This document shows, piece by piece, positions 37,880 through 50,450 of a stretch of 64,000 nucleotides of DNA; position 1 is the stretch's first letter; each line of letters opens with the position of its first letter. The notes under the pieces were generated by a model. It ran no database searches. It was not told where the DNA came from and saw only the letters and a list, made by a program, of their open reading frames with translations. The stretch spans positions 77,562,001-77,626,000 of the forward strand of contig NC_042998.1 of NCBI RefSeq assembly GCF_006345805.1, read 5' to 3'. Source of the DNA: Octopus sinensis. Lineage: Eukaryota. The position numbers and the translations under genes were made by a program.

Positions 37880-39551
37880 GCTGATGTGTCAAACTGCAGA
37901 CTGATAACTAATGTTGAAATTGTTAACAAGAATTTGCGGATAAGAGCTTTGCTCGCTTAGAGGAACAAAAGATACCTCCAAATAAAAATTAGGCTTCCGG
38001 AGACATTCAAGAGAGAAAGTAATGAAGTATTTAGGGATAAGAGGTTGCAAGATATTGCAACAGAAAACGAACTGATAGAGCAATGACATAGGTCGATTGA
38101 AAAAGTAACTCACCCACGAAATTGTAAAAGTTAAAGCTGGATGCAGTTTAAAAAAAATACATTGAGGTAGTCAACCACTTTCTATTCCTAGATGACTTAA
38201 ATAGCTAGATAGGAAAGAGAACTGGATACCTTTGTCCAGAAATGGTATTAAGATGGGTTTTAGAAAATTAATGAGTAAAGTTTGTAATGAAGAATGGTAA
38301 ATACAATAAAAATAACAGAATAAATCTAACGAACCAGAAGATACAGGTGATTGCTTCTGATGATGGATACGTCTATAAGTCTTAGTAGCTATTAATATGA
38401 AAGATAAACAACGAAGTTATACTTCCGGAGTGTAAAAAGAATATTAAAATCTAAAAGGAATGGCGTCAGTGGCATAATTAACTCCACGACAGCATTTATT
38501 GTGTGATACATTACTAGAATGATTAAATGAGAAGGAAATCTTGAGAATGTATATTAAAATATACAATGAATGTTAATTACTTACAATCCTCAGCGTATGA
38601 AACCCAAAAGGAAATACTGGTAGATTGTATTGCAAATATAGATCACTGAAGGTAAACAGTTTAATGAAATTCGTTGCTGGGCGTGATGAGGTGTTTTCAA
38701 TGATTGTACGAGGGGAGGAAATGTTAGCTGAAATTTTGTGCTCGCAGCTGGAAAGCAACAATACGAACTTCTACGGGAAGATTATTTGAAACAACTGAAA
38801 GACGGTGAAACCTGGAGTAGTTTCAATGGGTAAATAAGGAAGTTTTGAAAGAAAAAAGTCACAGAGAGCTTAATCTTCATTGCATAGGATTTAGAAATGA
38901 GGGGATGATACATCCGCAACAATATGGATATGGAAAACATCTCGCTGCATGTACAATGCATGGTGAAAGAGATGGTTGTTCATGAAATCTATAAAGTTAA
39001 AAAATGTTTGTTCAGAAGGTTTACAAGAACTAGAGACAAATCCAAGTCACAATAGTACATTGGCAAATCTGTAAAAGATATGCAGTTGAACATGTGAGCA
39101 ATTGGTAAGACTGTAACAAGAAGAAAGGTTTTGAAAAAGGTTATGTAAAGCTTCTGTTGGATTGAAAAATTCAAACGAAATGGCAGATTTTGTTGTACTC
39201 AATAATGAAGAAAGAATATATTGTTGAATCGATGCTGCTTCTTTCTTTAATACAAGAATATCCAGCAAATGACATGAGAAAACAGAAAATATCAAAGTCT
39301 ACAGTTAATTTGGATTTCCAGAAAAGATATCATTAACTGAAATGTAATAGGAACATTAGAAGCAGTTACTAGAAGTAGGTTTTTAAGAATTAAGTATAAA
39401 GTTGAATTTCGCGGCTCTGTTGAAGGCCTACTTGATTCGTACATCAAGAAAGATAAGGTATATGGTATATACCTACGGCTGCAGAATGGAACCTGATATT
39501 TAAAAATCCAATATGGTTAAAACAATGAAGGACATCTGAATGACAGCAAGG

Positions 39552-39552
<1 letters not shown>
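37880..39552 (+). mobile_element. Highly decayed R4/Dong RLE LINE
   Basis: Scattered RT/RLE remnants (RGCKIL, LFLDDL-like, GRLYCK, ESLIFIA*D), ending at (TAA)n 39553. Confidence 0.55.
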
Positions 39553-39611
<59 letters not shown>

Positions 39612-39615
39612 AATA

Positions 39616-39666
<51 letters not shown>

Positions 39667-39668
<2 letters not shown>

Positions 39669-40154
39669 GCCCTGATGCAGTGCCAGGCAGTTGCTCACAT
39701 GGCTTCTGATCTTCACTGATTGGAAGTGTTATTATGTACATTGTTTTGTCTTGGTATAAAAGATGGGCTACAGCAAATATTCTGCTCAATATCACGATAT
39801 GTGCATCTCTGATAACGAGCAGAAGTAGTGGGGGAGTAGCATAGCCATGTGTTGAGAGGAATTCTTTGGAGTTTGAATAATTCACCTCTGGAAACATAGA
39901 TGTTTCGTTCAACATCCTTAAACAACCCTTATTCATGAACCTTATGAGCGGGATGGGTTACTCGATCAGAAGAAAATTCTAACTGGGCCCCACCTGCAAG
40001 GTCATGCGCTGTTTATCTTGATATGAGATCACCATGTCACGGATAAATGGTTGTGATGCATGTGCCTTATCAGATGGGTAGTCATGATGAATATACTAGA
40101 CTTCGTATATTCTACCCCAATGTCACTTTGAAAGCATGCACTGCTCTCTCACTC
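39667..40154 (+). mobile_element. Orphan ~500-bp non-coding element in (TAA)n (copy A)
   Basis: Colinear with 48710-49256; starts ATGCCCTGATGCAGT, ends GCACTGCTCTCTCACTC. Confidence 0.85.
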
Positions 40155-40157
40155 AAT

Positions 40158-43100
40158 TATTATTATTATTATTCTATGTTTGACTTTTGCTTTATGTCTG
40201 TACAAGTTGCCTCCAAGTCTCACCCAGAGACCTCAAGAGACAACAGGTTGGAAGTTCACGTTGTTGTTATGCCTAGTGTGCCATATATTTGGGTTTTTTT
40301 TTGGTGTTGTACTAGTGAATGTCTAATACATAAATTTTAAAAAAAAGTTTGTTTTAAACCTTCGGATTACATAGAGAGTATTTTGCGTAGGATATGAGCA
40401 GTTCCCATGAGCACTATCTTTTGAATTTCTGCCATTTTGGGGTTTCCTGGTATCTGAGTTAGTTAGCAATCAGCCCCTTTCGCTATCATTCCCAGGGCAC
40501 CTATGACAACAGCTATTGTTTTAGTCTTCAGCTTCCACATTCTGCTGATTTCTATTTCAAGATCTTTATATTTGCTCAGTTTTTGGTAGGTTTTGACAGA
40601 TACGTTTATATCGATTGGGACAGTCATATCAATGAGGAGGCATGTTCTTTGTCTGAAGTCTTTCAATATGATGTCTGGCCTATTTGCATCTATCTTTCTG
40701 TCAGTTTGAATGGTGAAGTTCCAGAGGAGTGAGATGTGGTCATTTTCAAGTACTGGAGGTGGATTGTGTTCCCACTAGATTTTTTCATGGGGCAAATCCA
40801 GGTTTTTGCAAATTACTAAGTGAATATATTGTGCAGCTCTATCACGCCTGTTGAGGTACTCTGTAGGCGCTAGAAGACAACATGATCAATGGTTTCATTT
40901 TGTTGTCGGCATACACGACATGTTGGGCTACTGCCGTTCTTTAATATGTTGGCCTGGTAGTTTCTTGTTGGTAGGCATTGATCTTGAGCTGCTATGATAA
41001 ACACTTCTGTTTCAGATTTTAAACCAGAGGCCATTAGCCATTGATGGGTCAGGGCTTTGTCAATATCTGCATTATTCGCTCTCTTTGGGTATTTGCCATA
41101 GAGAAGTTTTTCTTGCCATTTATTATTCAGAATATCTAAGGCCGCGGTTTTGGCACGGGTTTTCATGCGCTTAGCTTTTTCTGTGCTTGTTTCTTGTATG
41201 TCTATCTCTAATTCCAAAATTTGTTGTATTCCGGATTCACTTAGATATTCCTTTGCCTGTTTTGTTTCTGAGTATGATGCTTTCCTGTTTTCATGTTATG
41301 AGACAAGTTTTAACATCCAGTCCTCAGACTTTTTCCGGTAGGTGTCTAGGCCAATTGTAGCAATCTTCATTGTTATTGCCAGTTGCAGAAGACCACGGCC
41401 TCCCTCTTTTCTTGGCAGATAAAGTCGTTCTGTATCTGCCTTAGGGTGGTTCATTCTATGCATTGTCAACAGTTTTCTTATTTTTCTGTCGAGCTGACAT
41501 ATTTCAGTAATTGACCAGTTAACGATATTGAAACTGTAAATCACGACTGGTATGGCTAATGCGTTGATCGCTTCGATCCTGTTTCTTGCATTCAGCTCTG
41601 TCTTGAGTATTGCTCTCACTCTTCGATAACATTCTCTCCTGATCCTTTCCTGCATCTCTGAATGCCTTATTCCGTTCCCTTCAATTACCCCTAGGTTCTT
41701 GTAGCTCTCCGTTGGGTCTAGTTCTTTTATGACATTCTGCTGGTCAAGGTTAACGTTAGATGTTTCTATCATTTTTCCTTTGATAAAGGTAGCTTTTGCA
41801 CATTTATCGAGGCTGAATTGCATTCTGATGTCGTCACTGATTTGTTTGACTATCGCTAGTAAGCCCTTGAGTTGTTGGTCATTTTTTGCAAAAAGCTTTA
41901 AATCATCCATGTAAATGAGATGATTTATATTTTTATCAAACTTTTTATACCCGTACTGCGCGTCATTGAGCAGTTTTGAGAGAGGTATTAAGGCTAAACA
42001 AAAGAGGAGTGGTGACAGTGAGTCACCCTGGAAAATGCCACACGAAATTTTTACATCACCAGCATTTAGGGATTCATTGTCACTGTTCAGAGTTAGTGTG
42101 GTTCTCCATGATCTCATACTTACAGTGAAAAAGTTTCGCAGAGTAGGTGCTATCTTATACATTTCCAGGCATTTCCTAATCCAGCTATGTGGTAGGCTAT
42201 CAAAAGCCTTTTCATAGTCTATCCAGGCTATTGATAAGTTTTTGTGTCGTTTGTGACAATCTTCTAAGATCATCTTATTGGTGAGTAGTTGATCTTTACA
42301 GCCGTAGGATCCACGTTTACATCCTTTCTGTTCATTAGGGAATATGCTGCTGTCTGTTAAAAAACTATAAGTATATTCCGTCAGGGCAGATGTTAGCGTT
42401 TTATACACAGTTGTTAAGCAGGTTATGGGTCTATAGTTTTTTGGTTCATTTGTTTCTTCACTTTTTGGAAGCAGGAATGGTAACCCATTAACTAGCCAAG
42501 GAGGCATCCTACTAGGGTGTTGCAAAACATCATTGTACAGTTCTGTTAGCAGTTCATAGCTCTCTGGGAAGGCATTCAGCCAGAAGTTAGGAATTTTATC
42601 CTTTCCTGGAGACTTCCATTTGCTTGACCTCCTGAGAGCAGATCTTATATCTTCTACCTTGACACCCTCCCACTTTTGCTCTTCTAAGGGGTCCAGTTCT
42701 GTAGATATTCTGTCAATCCAGGGGGCCTTTTCGTTGTGTGTTTTTTCTTCTGCCCAAATTTTATTCCAAAATCCCTGCACTTCTTTTGATGGTACAGACC
42801 TTGCAGTATACGCTGTTTTTCCTATCTTCCTGTAAAATTTCTTGGGGTTAATTTTGAACATGTTGTTGTCCTTGAAAAATCTAACACGCTTTTCATACCT
42901 CGCTATGCGGGCAGCTTTGGCAGATACCATTTGTTTGATGGTTTCTATGGTGGCATCAATATCAAGTATAGTTTTCATATTGTATTTTTTCAGTAATTTT
43001 GGGGTTTTTGTAGGTTTGGTAGTCTTGTGAACCTTAAGGTTTTTCAAATATTCAATGTCAGACCTAAATAGTTTAATTTGTTGTTGCAATCGCTCTTGCC

Positions 43101-44098
43101 AAGAAGGCTTTTTGTGGGAGTGTTGCCGTTTTCTAATCTTTACACCACATAGGATCGTTGAGATTTTCGCGGATGCATAGTATAGGTGGTTGAGATTTGT
43201 GATATCAACATCATTAGCTGTAATTATATCCTTAAGTGCAAGCCGGATTTTACCAATTATTTTCATGTTTTGGTTAGAGTTGCGGATTTTAGGGAGTGTA
43301 TCACTTTCATCCATGCTGGTTTCTTTAATTTTCAGCCATTCAATCATGATTTGATTTTTTAGCTCATGTAGTTCTGTTGGGTCAATATTTGTGTGACTTT
43401 CTTTATATATTTGATGTTCATCTGTCTTAGTGTTTATGATTGGTTCAGGGAGTATTTCACTTTGCCTATCACTTATACTAACTCTTTCAATCCTTACTTC
43501 GTTTTTATCAGCCCTGGGCTGGTCTATAATTATTTCCTCTGTATTATCTTCTCTAGCTGCAGTTTCGTTCATTTTATCCGATATTGCTTGTCTAACTTGA
43601 ACAATCTCTACTTCAGTCAGTAATTTTTTTTTATAATGTTTCTTCTGACGTTGGCAAGTTTGTTACTGTCTATGTAGGGTCTTACTTCAGGGTGTTTCTG
43701 TCTCCAGTTTAAGTGTGTTTGTACAGTGTTAGATTTATCTGTGGGGAAATATATAGCATGGTAGAAGGCCCCAAGAACTTCTTTATTATCTTCCCTAGAC
43801 CATTTCTCCTTCTTTTTCTTTTGATTATTTGGTAACGAGCATGGATGGCCATCTGTTGGAATATTCCGGTTGTGAGGTATGTCCAGCTTCTGTGTGTTGG
43901 GAAGATTTGATCCAGTAGCTGATTTTTCAATCAGAATTTGGTTCAATTTTCGGGTACGTGGTCTTTTGTAATCCGCGCGACGACCAATGCGGGTTATAGT
44001 TTGATTTGTTGACATTGAAGCATGACGAGCTTCCATACTTACATTAGCAGATCTGTATTCGTCTGTATTTTTTTGTTGATAGTTTTATCTCCGAACAT
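40158..44098 (-). mobile_element. Near full-length R4/Dong-clade non-LTR retrotransposon (RT, CCHC, RLE)
   Basis: ORF pieces 43617-44036, 41296-43572, 40870-41217 and 40463-40666; ends LRKILSM*, 3' UTR and (TAA)5 tail. Confidence 0.95.
41296..43572 (-). CDS. Reverse transcriptase portion (758 aa) of the disrupted R4/Dong LINE ORF
   Basis: KWKSPGKDKIPNFW, NYRPITCL, EQKGC, WIDYEKAFDS, GIFQGDSLSPLLF, YMDDLKL, RLYLPRKEGGRGL. Confidence 0.9.
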   Translation of the reverse strand: MNETAAREDNTEEIIIDQPRADKNEVRIERVSISDRQSEILPEPIINTKTDEHQIYKESHTNIDPTELHELKNQIMIEWLKIKETSMDESDTLPKIRNSNQNMKIIGKIRLALKDIITANDVDITNLNHLYYASAKISTILCGVKIRKRQHSHKKPSWQERLQQQIKLFRSDIEYLKNLKVHKTTKPTKTPKLLKKYNMKTILDIDATIETIKQMVSAKAARIARYEKRVRFFKDNNMFKINPKKFYRKIGKTAYTARSVPSKEVQGFWNKIWAEEKTHNEKAPWIDRISTELDPLEEQKWEGVKVEDIRSALRRSSKWKSPGKDKIPNFWLNAFPESYELLTELYNDVLQHPSRMPPWLVNGLPFLLPKSEETNEPKNYRPITCLTTVYKTLTSALTEYTYSFLTDSSIFPNEQKGCKRGSYGCKDQLLTNKMILEDCHKRHKNLSIAWIDYEKAFDSLPHSWIRKCLEMYKIAPTLRNFFTVSMRSWRTTLTLNSDNESLNAGDVKISCGIFQGDSLSPLLFCLALIPLSKLLNDAQYGYKKFDKNINHLIYMDDLKLFAKNDQQLKGLLAIVKQISDDIRMQFSLDKCAKATFIKGKMIETSNVNLDQQNVIKELDPTESYKNLGVIEGNGIRHSEMQERIRRECYRRVRAILKTELNARNRIEAINALAIPVVIYSFNIVNWSITEICQLDRKIRKLLTMHRMNHPKADTERLYLPRKEGGRGLLQLAITMKIATIGLDTYRKKSEDWMLKLVS

Positions 44099-44999
44099 TT
44101 TTTTCCCTCCTTCTCTTCCTTTTTTCTCTCTCTTTCTCCCTATCTCCTTCTTCCTCTTTTTCCTTCCTTCTTTTCCCTTCCTCTTTTAAACTTATAAAAG
44201 GCTCACTCTGCCTGTATTAGTTCGAAATAATGAGAATAAAATACGGAGAAAGAAAAGAAAAAAAGGGATCTGTCAGTTATTATTGTTATCACTATCACCA
44301 TCACCATCATCACCATCATCATCATCATTGATATTGTTTTATGTGTAGTCACAGCCACCATCATCACCACTACTGCCATTCTGTCGGGGAATGGTTGGTT
44401 AAAGAGGTCATGTTCTATGGGTCTATAAATAGATTCAGCAGATGGTGGAGACATTAATGGTCAGTAAAATGTCAAACCTGTTTATATTTATTTTTTTCTT
44501 TCTCTTTTCTTCCTTTCCACATACATATGTATATGTATACTCACACACACATATTATCTGATGTTAACGTGGATGATTTTTTAAAATTTCTGAATTCAAT
44601 GTTATGTATATTTTTTTTAATTTCTGAATTCAGTTGGATGTATATATTAGCAAGTGCTTACTTGCATAATTTTTTATCGTGCATTTAATTGTGTTGTTAC
44701 AATAACTGGGAATTTAAAAGGCAATTTTACAAATTCTTATAGTCATGAGAGACTACTAAATGTTCACACAAAATTGGAGATATTTATGTTTCTAATTTTT
44801 CTTGTTAGGTATACGTTTGTATGAGCTGTAGATATGTAAGTTCCTTAACTTATTTTGAGGGAAATTCAAATTACTCACAGAAAACAGTAGATCTTCCAGT
44901 TTTCTACAGTTGTTTTTTTTTCAGTTGTCCTGCTGGGTTAGCTGTTGCCAGTTCAGAGCATCGAAAAATACGTCCATCCTCTGTCACGTCCAGCCGCCT

Positions 45000-45067
<68 letters not shown>

Positions 45068-45068
<1 letters not shown>

Positions 45069-48000
45069 TTTATGTCGATGTGCATGGCAGCAATCCAACC
45101 ACGGAAAACCGGATCGAAACCGGCCGCCGTGAGATCAGCCGCCAGATAGTGATGGTCAAACCTATAAATGGCTTTTGAATGATCTAAATTGATCAGAGAT
45201 CCACCAGTGCCAGGTATCTTAACTACTCTATCCACGATGTAGCGCATGAGGTGGAGGTTGTCGTGGATGTACCTGTTTGGGACATATTTTTGCATTTTCA
45301 AGCAATTTCTCGACAACTAGCACCAAGCTCTTCACTAACAACTTGGTCAAAATTTTCATGTGTACGTTAAGCAGAGTGATGAGCATAAAATTATCTGATA
45401 CCTTACACTTGTTTGGATCTTTTCTCGGCAGTAGCACTGCTCCTCGGCTCAGAGATTTGGTAATTCTCTCACTATGTTGCCAGTTGCAGTAGATATCTCC
45501 CAAGAAGTCTGGAATACTAGATTAAAGCCCGTAGGACAGATCATCCAGTCCCGGTGATTTCACCTCGTGCAACCCATCATCTCATCCAGTATTTCTCCAG
45601 TTGTTATCGGCTTTTCGCAACACTCCGCATCTCCTGCTGAGAGTCGTGGTAGGCCATCGAAGTAGGCAGTGAATTCATCCTGCGATCTGGCCCACCGTTT
45701 GTCCCGAACAATTCGGCAAAATGCTGCTGAAAAGCCGCACATATCTACTCCGGCTCGTTCACTGTTCGCCCATTTTGGTCCACCAAAGACCGAATGGCGT
45801 TTTGTTGCGATTTCGCGCCTCGGTCACCTGGGCTCATCGAGCAACTTTGGCTCCCCCTTGTCTCAGAGTACATGCCTTAGCTCTGACAATGCAACCTTCG
45901 TGATTGGCGTTGAAGCGTTGATCGAGGGCCAACCTCGCTGCCAGCGCATCAATTGCAATGCTTTTCCCAAGCGCTTGTTCTAACTTCCTCACTAAATCAC
46001 TCTGTGTTCTATTTCTTTCTACAGCTGAAATTTTGCTTAACTTAACAGATTCAACTTTGATAGCCTTTTTAAAGTTATACCACCATTTATTGTTGACGAT
46101 TGAACTCGTCAAAGCTTTCCGAAGTAACTCTTTACTCCGGTCTCTGTAAGCTTGGCACGCCGTGAGTGACATGTTCAGCTTTCAATAGCCAGGGCCATAT
46201 CTACGTATGCTACCTAAGTTGACCTTACAGGCCACCAATTTGTGATATATGTGGCCAACCATTTGAAATTGTGGACAACTAATGCTATCCCTATCTGAAT
46301 ATCTGCAAGATAGTCTATCTAGATACGATCTGGATGTTCTGATGCGGTTTGCCATCGTCCACATTGGCACATTCAAGAATCCAGTGGGCACCTGTGAGAT
46401 AGTTAAAAGTGTCTAAGCAGGTCTGCAGCCTGTTTTCCTATCGGCTAGCTCCACACAATCCAATTGTGCATCTAAGATGGCGTTGAAATCGCCCACTAAC
46501 ACTAAAGGCAGGGATTTACCCATGAAGAACTTCAGAAATCTGAAGTATTCCGGTTGTCCTGCACCTGTCGGTGCATAAACAGCCACCAGCCTGAAGGCCC
46601 CACTGTTACTGCCGTTCACATCCAAGACCACAAGAAGACTGACCTTATTTTGAGATCCAGACATTTCCTAAACAATACCAGGTACATTTGTGCAACCTGT
46701 TTTGAGTAAGACCATTTGAGTAGCTGGTAAAGAGAAAAAAGGAGAGGACTACTTACTGTTAGCACTCTGGGGTTGGAACGGGGCAGATGGCTCGCTCTTT
46801 AATTGGAGTGTGGTGGTCTCCATGACCAAGGATCTATAGAGGCACGAGGATACTCTTGTGTTGAAGCCTCCAACCGCCTGTGGAAATTTGGATCTTATGT
46901 TGTTGTATGTATGTTGCGATGTTCGAAATATCTGTATGTGTGGTGGCAGTGTGTTATCCGTGGGGGAAACAAAGTCAGTCATTTTGATATCTGTATTTTT
47001 GTTTATGTATAATAGTAAGTTTGTGTTGTCTGTGTTTATGGCGATAGGTTTTGTGGTGCTTTTGTTATTTTCGTTTACTTTTATGTTGACCCAGTTGTGC
47101 CTCGTGCTGTTGATTGTGCCTCTGGTGTTGGTCGTGGCTGTATGATGAAGGTGTTGGAAGCGTGGGTGTTGGTGTGTTGTTGTTGTTTTCGGGTAGTTTT
47201 GATTGTTTTGTTTGGGTACTGCTTGTTTATTTGTTGGTGTACTGTTGTGCCTTTTTCTCAGTTTTTACGTGTGACGTCTGTCCACTCAATTCCATCGTTC
47301 TCTCCGCACGACATGTTTGAGTGGTCAGAGTTGGGAAGAGGTAGTTCCAGTGGGTCGAAATTTGCTGCTTTTTGTTCCTCTGGTAAGAGTCATGTTGTTG
47401 ATGTTGTTGTAGGCACTGTGGTGGTGGTGGTGGTTGTGGTCAGTGCCTCTGTTGTTGTTGGCGTTGTTTTCACCCGTGTAGCTGTTGTTGTAAGTGGTGC
47501 TTTTGCTGGGTCCCCTCTGCTTTCTTTTCTTGTGGTTTCTTCTCTTTTGTTGCTTTTGTTTTGGGGGTTGCCTCTATAGTTGTGGTGTGGGCTATGCTTG
47601 TATCAAGGGGGGTGCACTCTTTCCGCTTTAGTTTTGGGCAGAAGGCATTCAGGTGCTTATTGATGACATCTTGGCCTTCTGTCCTAAGTAGCGACGTTCA
47701 GCATAGTGCCATCTGGAAGGCTGAGTTGGTTAGGAATTTGTTAGGACCATTCTTTGCAATTCCTGAGCATTCCAGTCGTTTTTTTCCTTGTTTCTCGACT
47801 TTGATGATCCTGATTTTATCCACCAAGTCGTGTGGGACGGTCACGACTATCTAGCATGCATTCATTTCTGGTGGTATGTCCAGCACTTTTATCCTGGCGA
47901 CGCGCCGTCCCAAGTATGTTGGAACGAGGACAAGTTCATTGCTTCTCAGCTGAGCTCTTGAGCTATTTTGCTACGTCTTCTGTACACTATGGTAAATTTG

Positions 48001-48696
48001 TTTGTTTTCTTTAAAATCTCTAGTGGTGTGTTTATAGAAACACGTCTTTCGCTTTTTCTTTTTTAAATGTTTCTGTAGTCTCTGAGAGATTCTAAGGAAG
48101 CATTTATAAATTCATTTCCTGATTTTGCTATTAAAGCAAAACCTCGGCTCTTGGGTTGCATTGGGTTGTTATTGTTGTTGAGTGTTCAATGTGTAAGTGT
48201 TAGTGGTGGTAGTGGGATGGATTGTATTCACAGGTGTTGCGACGCTAGCAGCGTCCATTAACTGAATTTCCTTGCTTTTTCCTTTTCTTTCTCGCGTTTC
48301 TTTTCTTCTTTTTCCTTCTGTTACTTAGCGTTGCACGTGCTATGAAGACTTAGATTGTCCCTCTCTGCCTTTTAAGGAGCGAAGTGGGCGGAGACAATTG
48401 AATTTTTATATATTTAGGGGTATCTTCTGAGAGTAAGGAGAAGTCAAAGAGAAAGGAAGAGTTGATACTCTTTTCCAAGGACATTTTTTGCAAATTTTAA
48501 AAACCAATAAATGAAAAAATGGAGATTTTAAATTGAAAATTCGTCCCAAAATGGGGAAAGTCCCGCTTAACCGCTTAGCCCAGCAAGAGCCTGGTCACAG
48601 AAATGTCGTAATAAATTTTCAGATACAACATTATCTGTAAAAATTGCACAAAAGCTTACAGTTCACGAACACACGTTCTTCCTCTTTGAAATCCAC
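45068..48696 (-). mobile_element. Decayed Tx1/L1-clade LINE (ORF1, APE endonuclease, N-terminal RT), 3'-truncated at (TAA)n
   Basis: APE: RLVAVYAP, LVGDFNAILD, SYLDR, HKLV; RT: ITLLNVHMKILTKLL, RYIHDNLHLMR, LINLDHSKA; ORF1 remnant PTYLGRRVARIKVLDIPPE..RRPRCH. Confidence 0.88.
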
Positions 48697-48709
48697 AATA
48701 ATGATAATG

Positions 48710-49256
48710 ATACCCTGATGCAGTACCAGGCATTGGTTCTCATAGCTTCAAATCTTAACTGACTAGAAGTGTTACGATGTACATGTTTTGTTTTGGTATA
48801 AAAATATGGGTTACAGAAAATATTCTAGTCAATACCACAGATTTGATCGTCACTTGTTTGACCTTAACCAGTTGAGCATGGCTTTTAATGACTGAAGATA
48901 TGCATATCTCTGATCACGAACAGAAGTAGTAGGGGGGCATCATAGCCATGTATTGAGAGGAAATCTTTAGGGTTTGAATAATTCACCTCTAGAAACATGG
49001 ATGTTTCGTTCAGCATCCTAAAACAACCCTTAATCTGGGACCTTTTGAGAGGATGGGCTACTCGACTTGAAGAAAAGTTTAACTGGATCCCACATGCTAG
49101 GTCATGCGCTGTTTATTTTGAGATCACCATCTCGCGCACGTATGGTTGTGATGCATGTACCTTGTGTAACCTTATCAAGGTAGTCATGGTGGGTATACTG
49201 GAATTCGTATATTTTACTCTTCACTTTGAAGGCATACATTGCTCACTCACTCACTC
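48710..49256 (+). mobile_element. Orphan ~550-bp non-coding element in (TAA)n (copy B)
   Basis: Homolog of 39667-40154 with ~60 extra internal bp; TAA repeats on both sides. Confidence 0.85.
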
Positions 49257-49311
49257 AATAATAATTATAAAAATAATAATAATAATAATAGTAATAATAA
49301 TAATAATAATA

Positions 49312-49472
49312 ATTTCTACCATAAGCACATCACCAGAAATTTTTCGGATGCGGGCTATTTGATCACATCAACCCTAGTAGTCGACTGCCACTTATCTTAT
49401 CGACTCCGAAATGATGAAATGATGAAAGGCAAAGGCGGTCATGATGGCATTTAAACACGGAACGTTAAGCAG
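49312..49472 (-). mobile_element. SINE fragment (similar decayed pieces near 6210-6350, 37480-37720, 50880-51020)
   Basis: acttatcttatcgactccgaa..gatgaaaggcaaag motif recurring in the window. Confidence 0.5.
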
Positions 49473-49543
<71 letters not shown>

Positions 49544-49559
49544 GAGAAATGATGATAAA

Positions 49560-50450
49560 GACAATGGGTTTTTTGGGGCTTAGGTTCATTAGACGAGTGG
49601 GTACATTACGAGGACAGTTAACAATTTGTGTGAGAGTTTTCGCGAAAGATTTGTAGAAACAAAGAGAAAAGGTGGAGAAATGAGATAAAAGTATGCATGT
49701 TATACAAAATATGTGAATGCTTGAATGATGCAGTAATCCTAATACATGAGAAACTCCATTTAAGGCCAATGTATTCACATCCAGAGGAACCTTGACCACT
49801 AACGGTGCAAGCCCTCACCCAACTGCTGTACTCACATCTACAGGAATTTCGCTTAGAGTTGAACCATTCATCCTAACCATGACTGCCACAGTTACACACC
49901 TTTGAAAAATTCACTTTCCTCTCTACCCTCACATTCCTTTTTAAGTATAACTGAAAAGAGTCGTTGAGGATTTGATCGAAGTGGAAGGTTCCTTTGCTCA
50001 ATCCTTTCAGTCTCATCCACCACACAACCTTGTTTGTCATAATCACTAAACTTAGGAACACCGTTTACCTTACCTTATTAAAGCTGAGTGGTGGGTGTTC
50101 CTCTCGATACACACAGGCGACAATCGGATTCATCTTACTCACAACACCAGCTGTTCGACTTCTCTCCACAAGTCAGCAATGCCCGAGCACCCAATAGTGC
50201 GTCAGTATGGCTTCATTGCTCTGTGCTCATGTCGCGCCAAGCAGCACCTCTGTGCTTGTGAAGTTTATCTCAAACCAGCAGTGCCCTTCGGTAGACAGCT
50301 TGATCTTTCTAGAAGCTATCCATTGTGGTACCAGGCCCGAAAATCCTTCGAAACAGACCAGCTTCTTCATACTTGTTGACACGTAGTCTTTCCCGAAGAA
50401 CGTCATCACCTTTATTCACAAGTAGATCTCTATATACTGTACACATAGCG
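49560..50450 (-). mobile_element. Decayed RLE LINE N-terminal/pre-RT region
   Basis: PQWIASRKIKL and FAKTLTQIVNCPRNVPTRL parallel the PSWQERLQQQIK and LQHPSRMPPWL regions of the 758-aa ORF. Confidence 0.55.

Noticed and set aside
39667-39730. Possible hammerhead or HDV ribozyme at the orphan element 5' end (CCCTGATGCAG)
   Set aside because: Could not fit GAAA/stem III or the HDV P1-P3-L3 pattern by eye; left as an untested hypothesis
47097-47579. 160-aa Val/Cys-rich plus-strand ORF
   Set aside because: Antisense of the Thr/Gln-rich low-complexity region of the Tx1 ORF1
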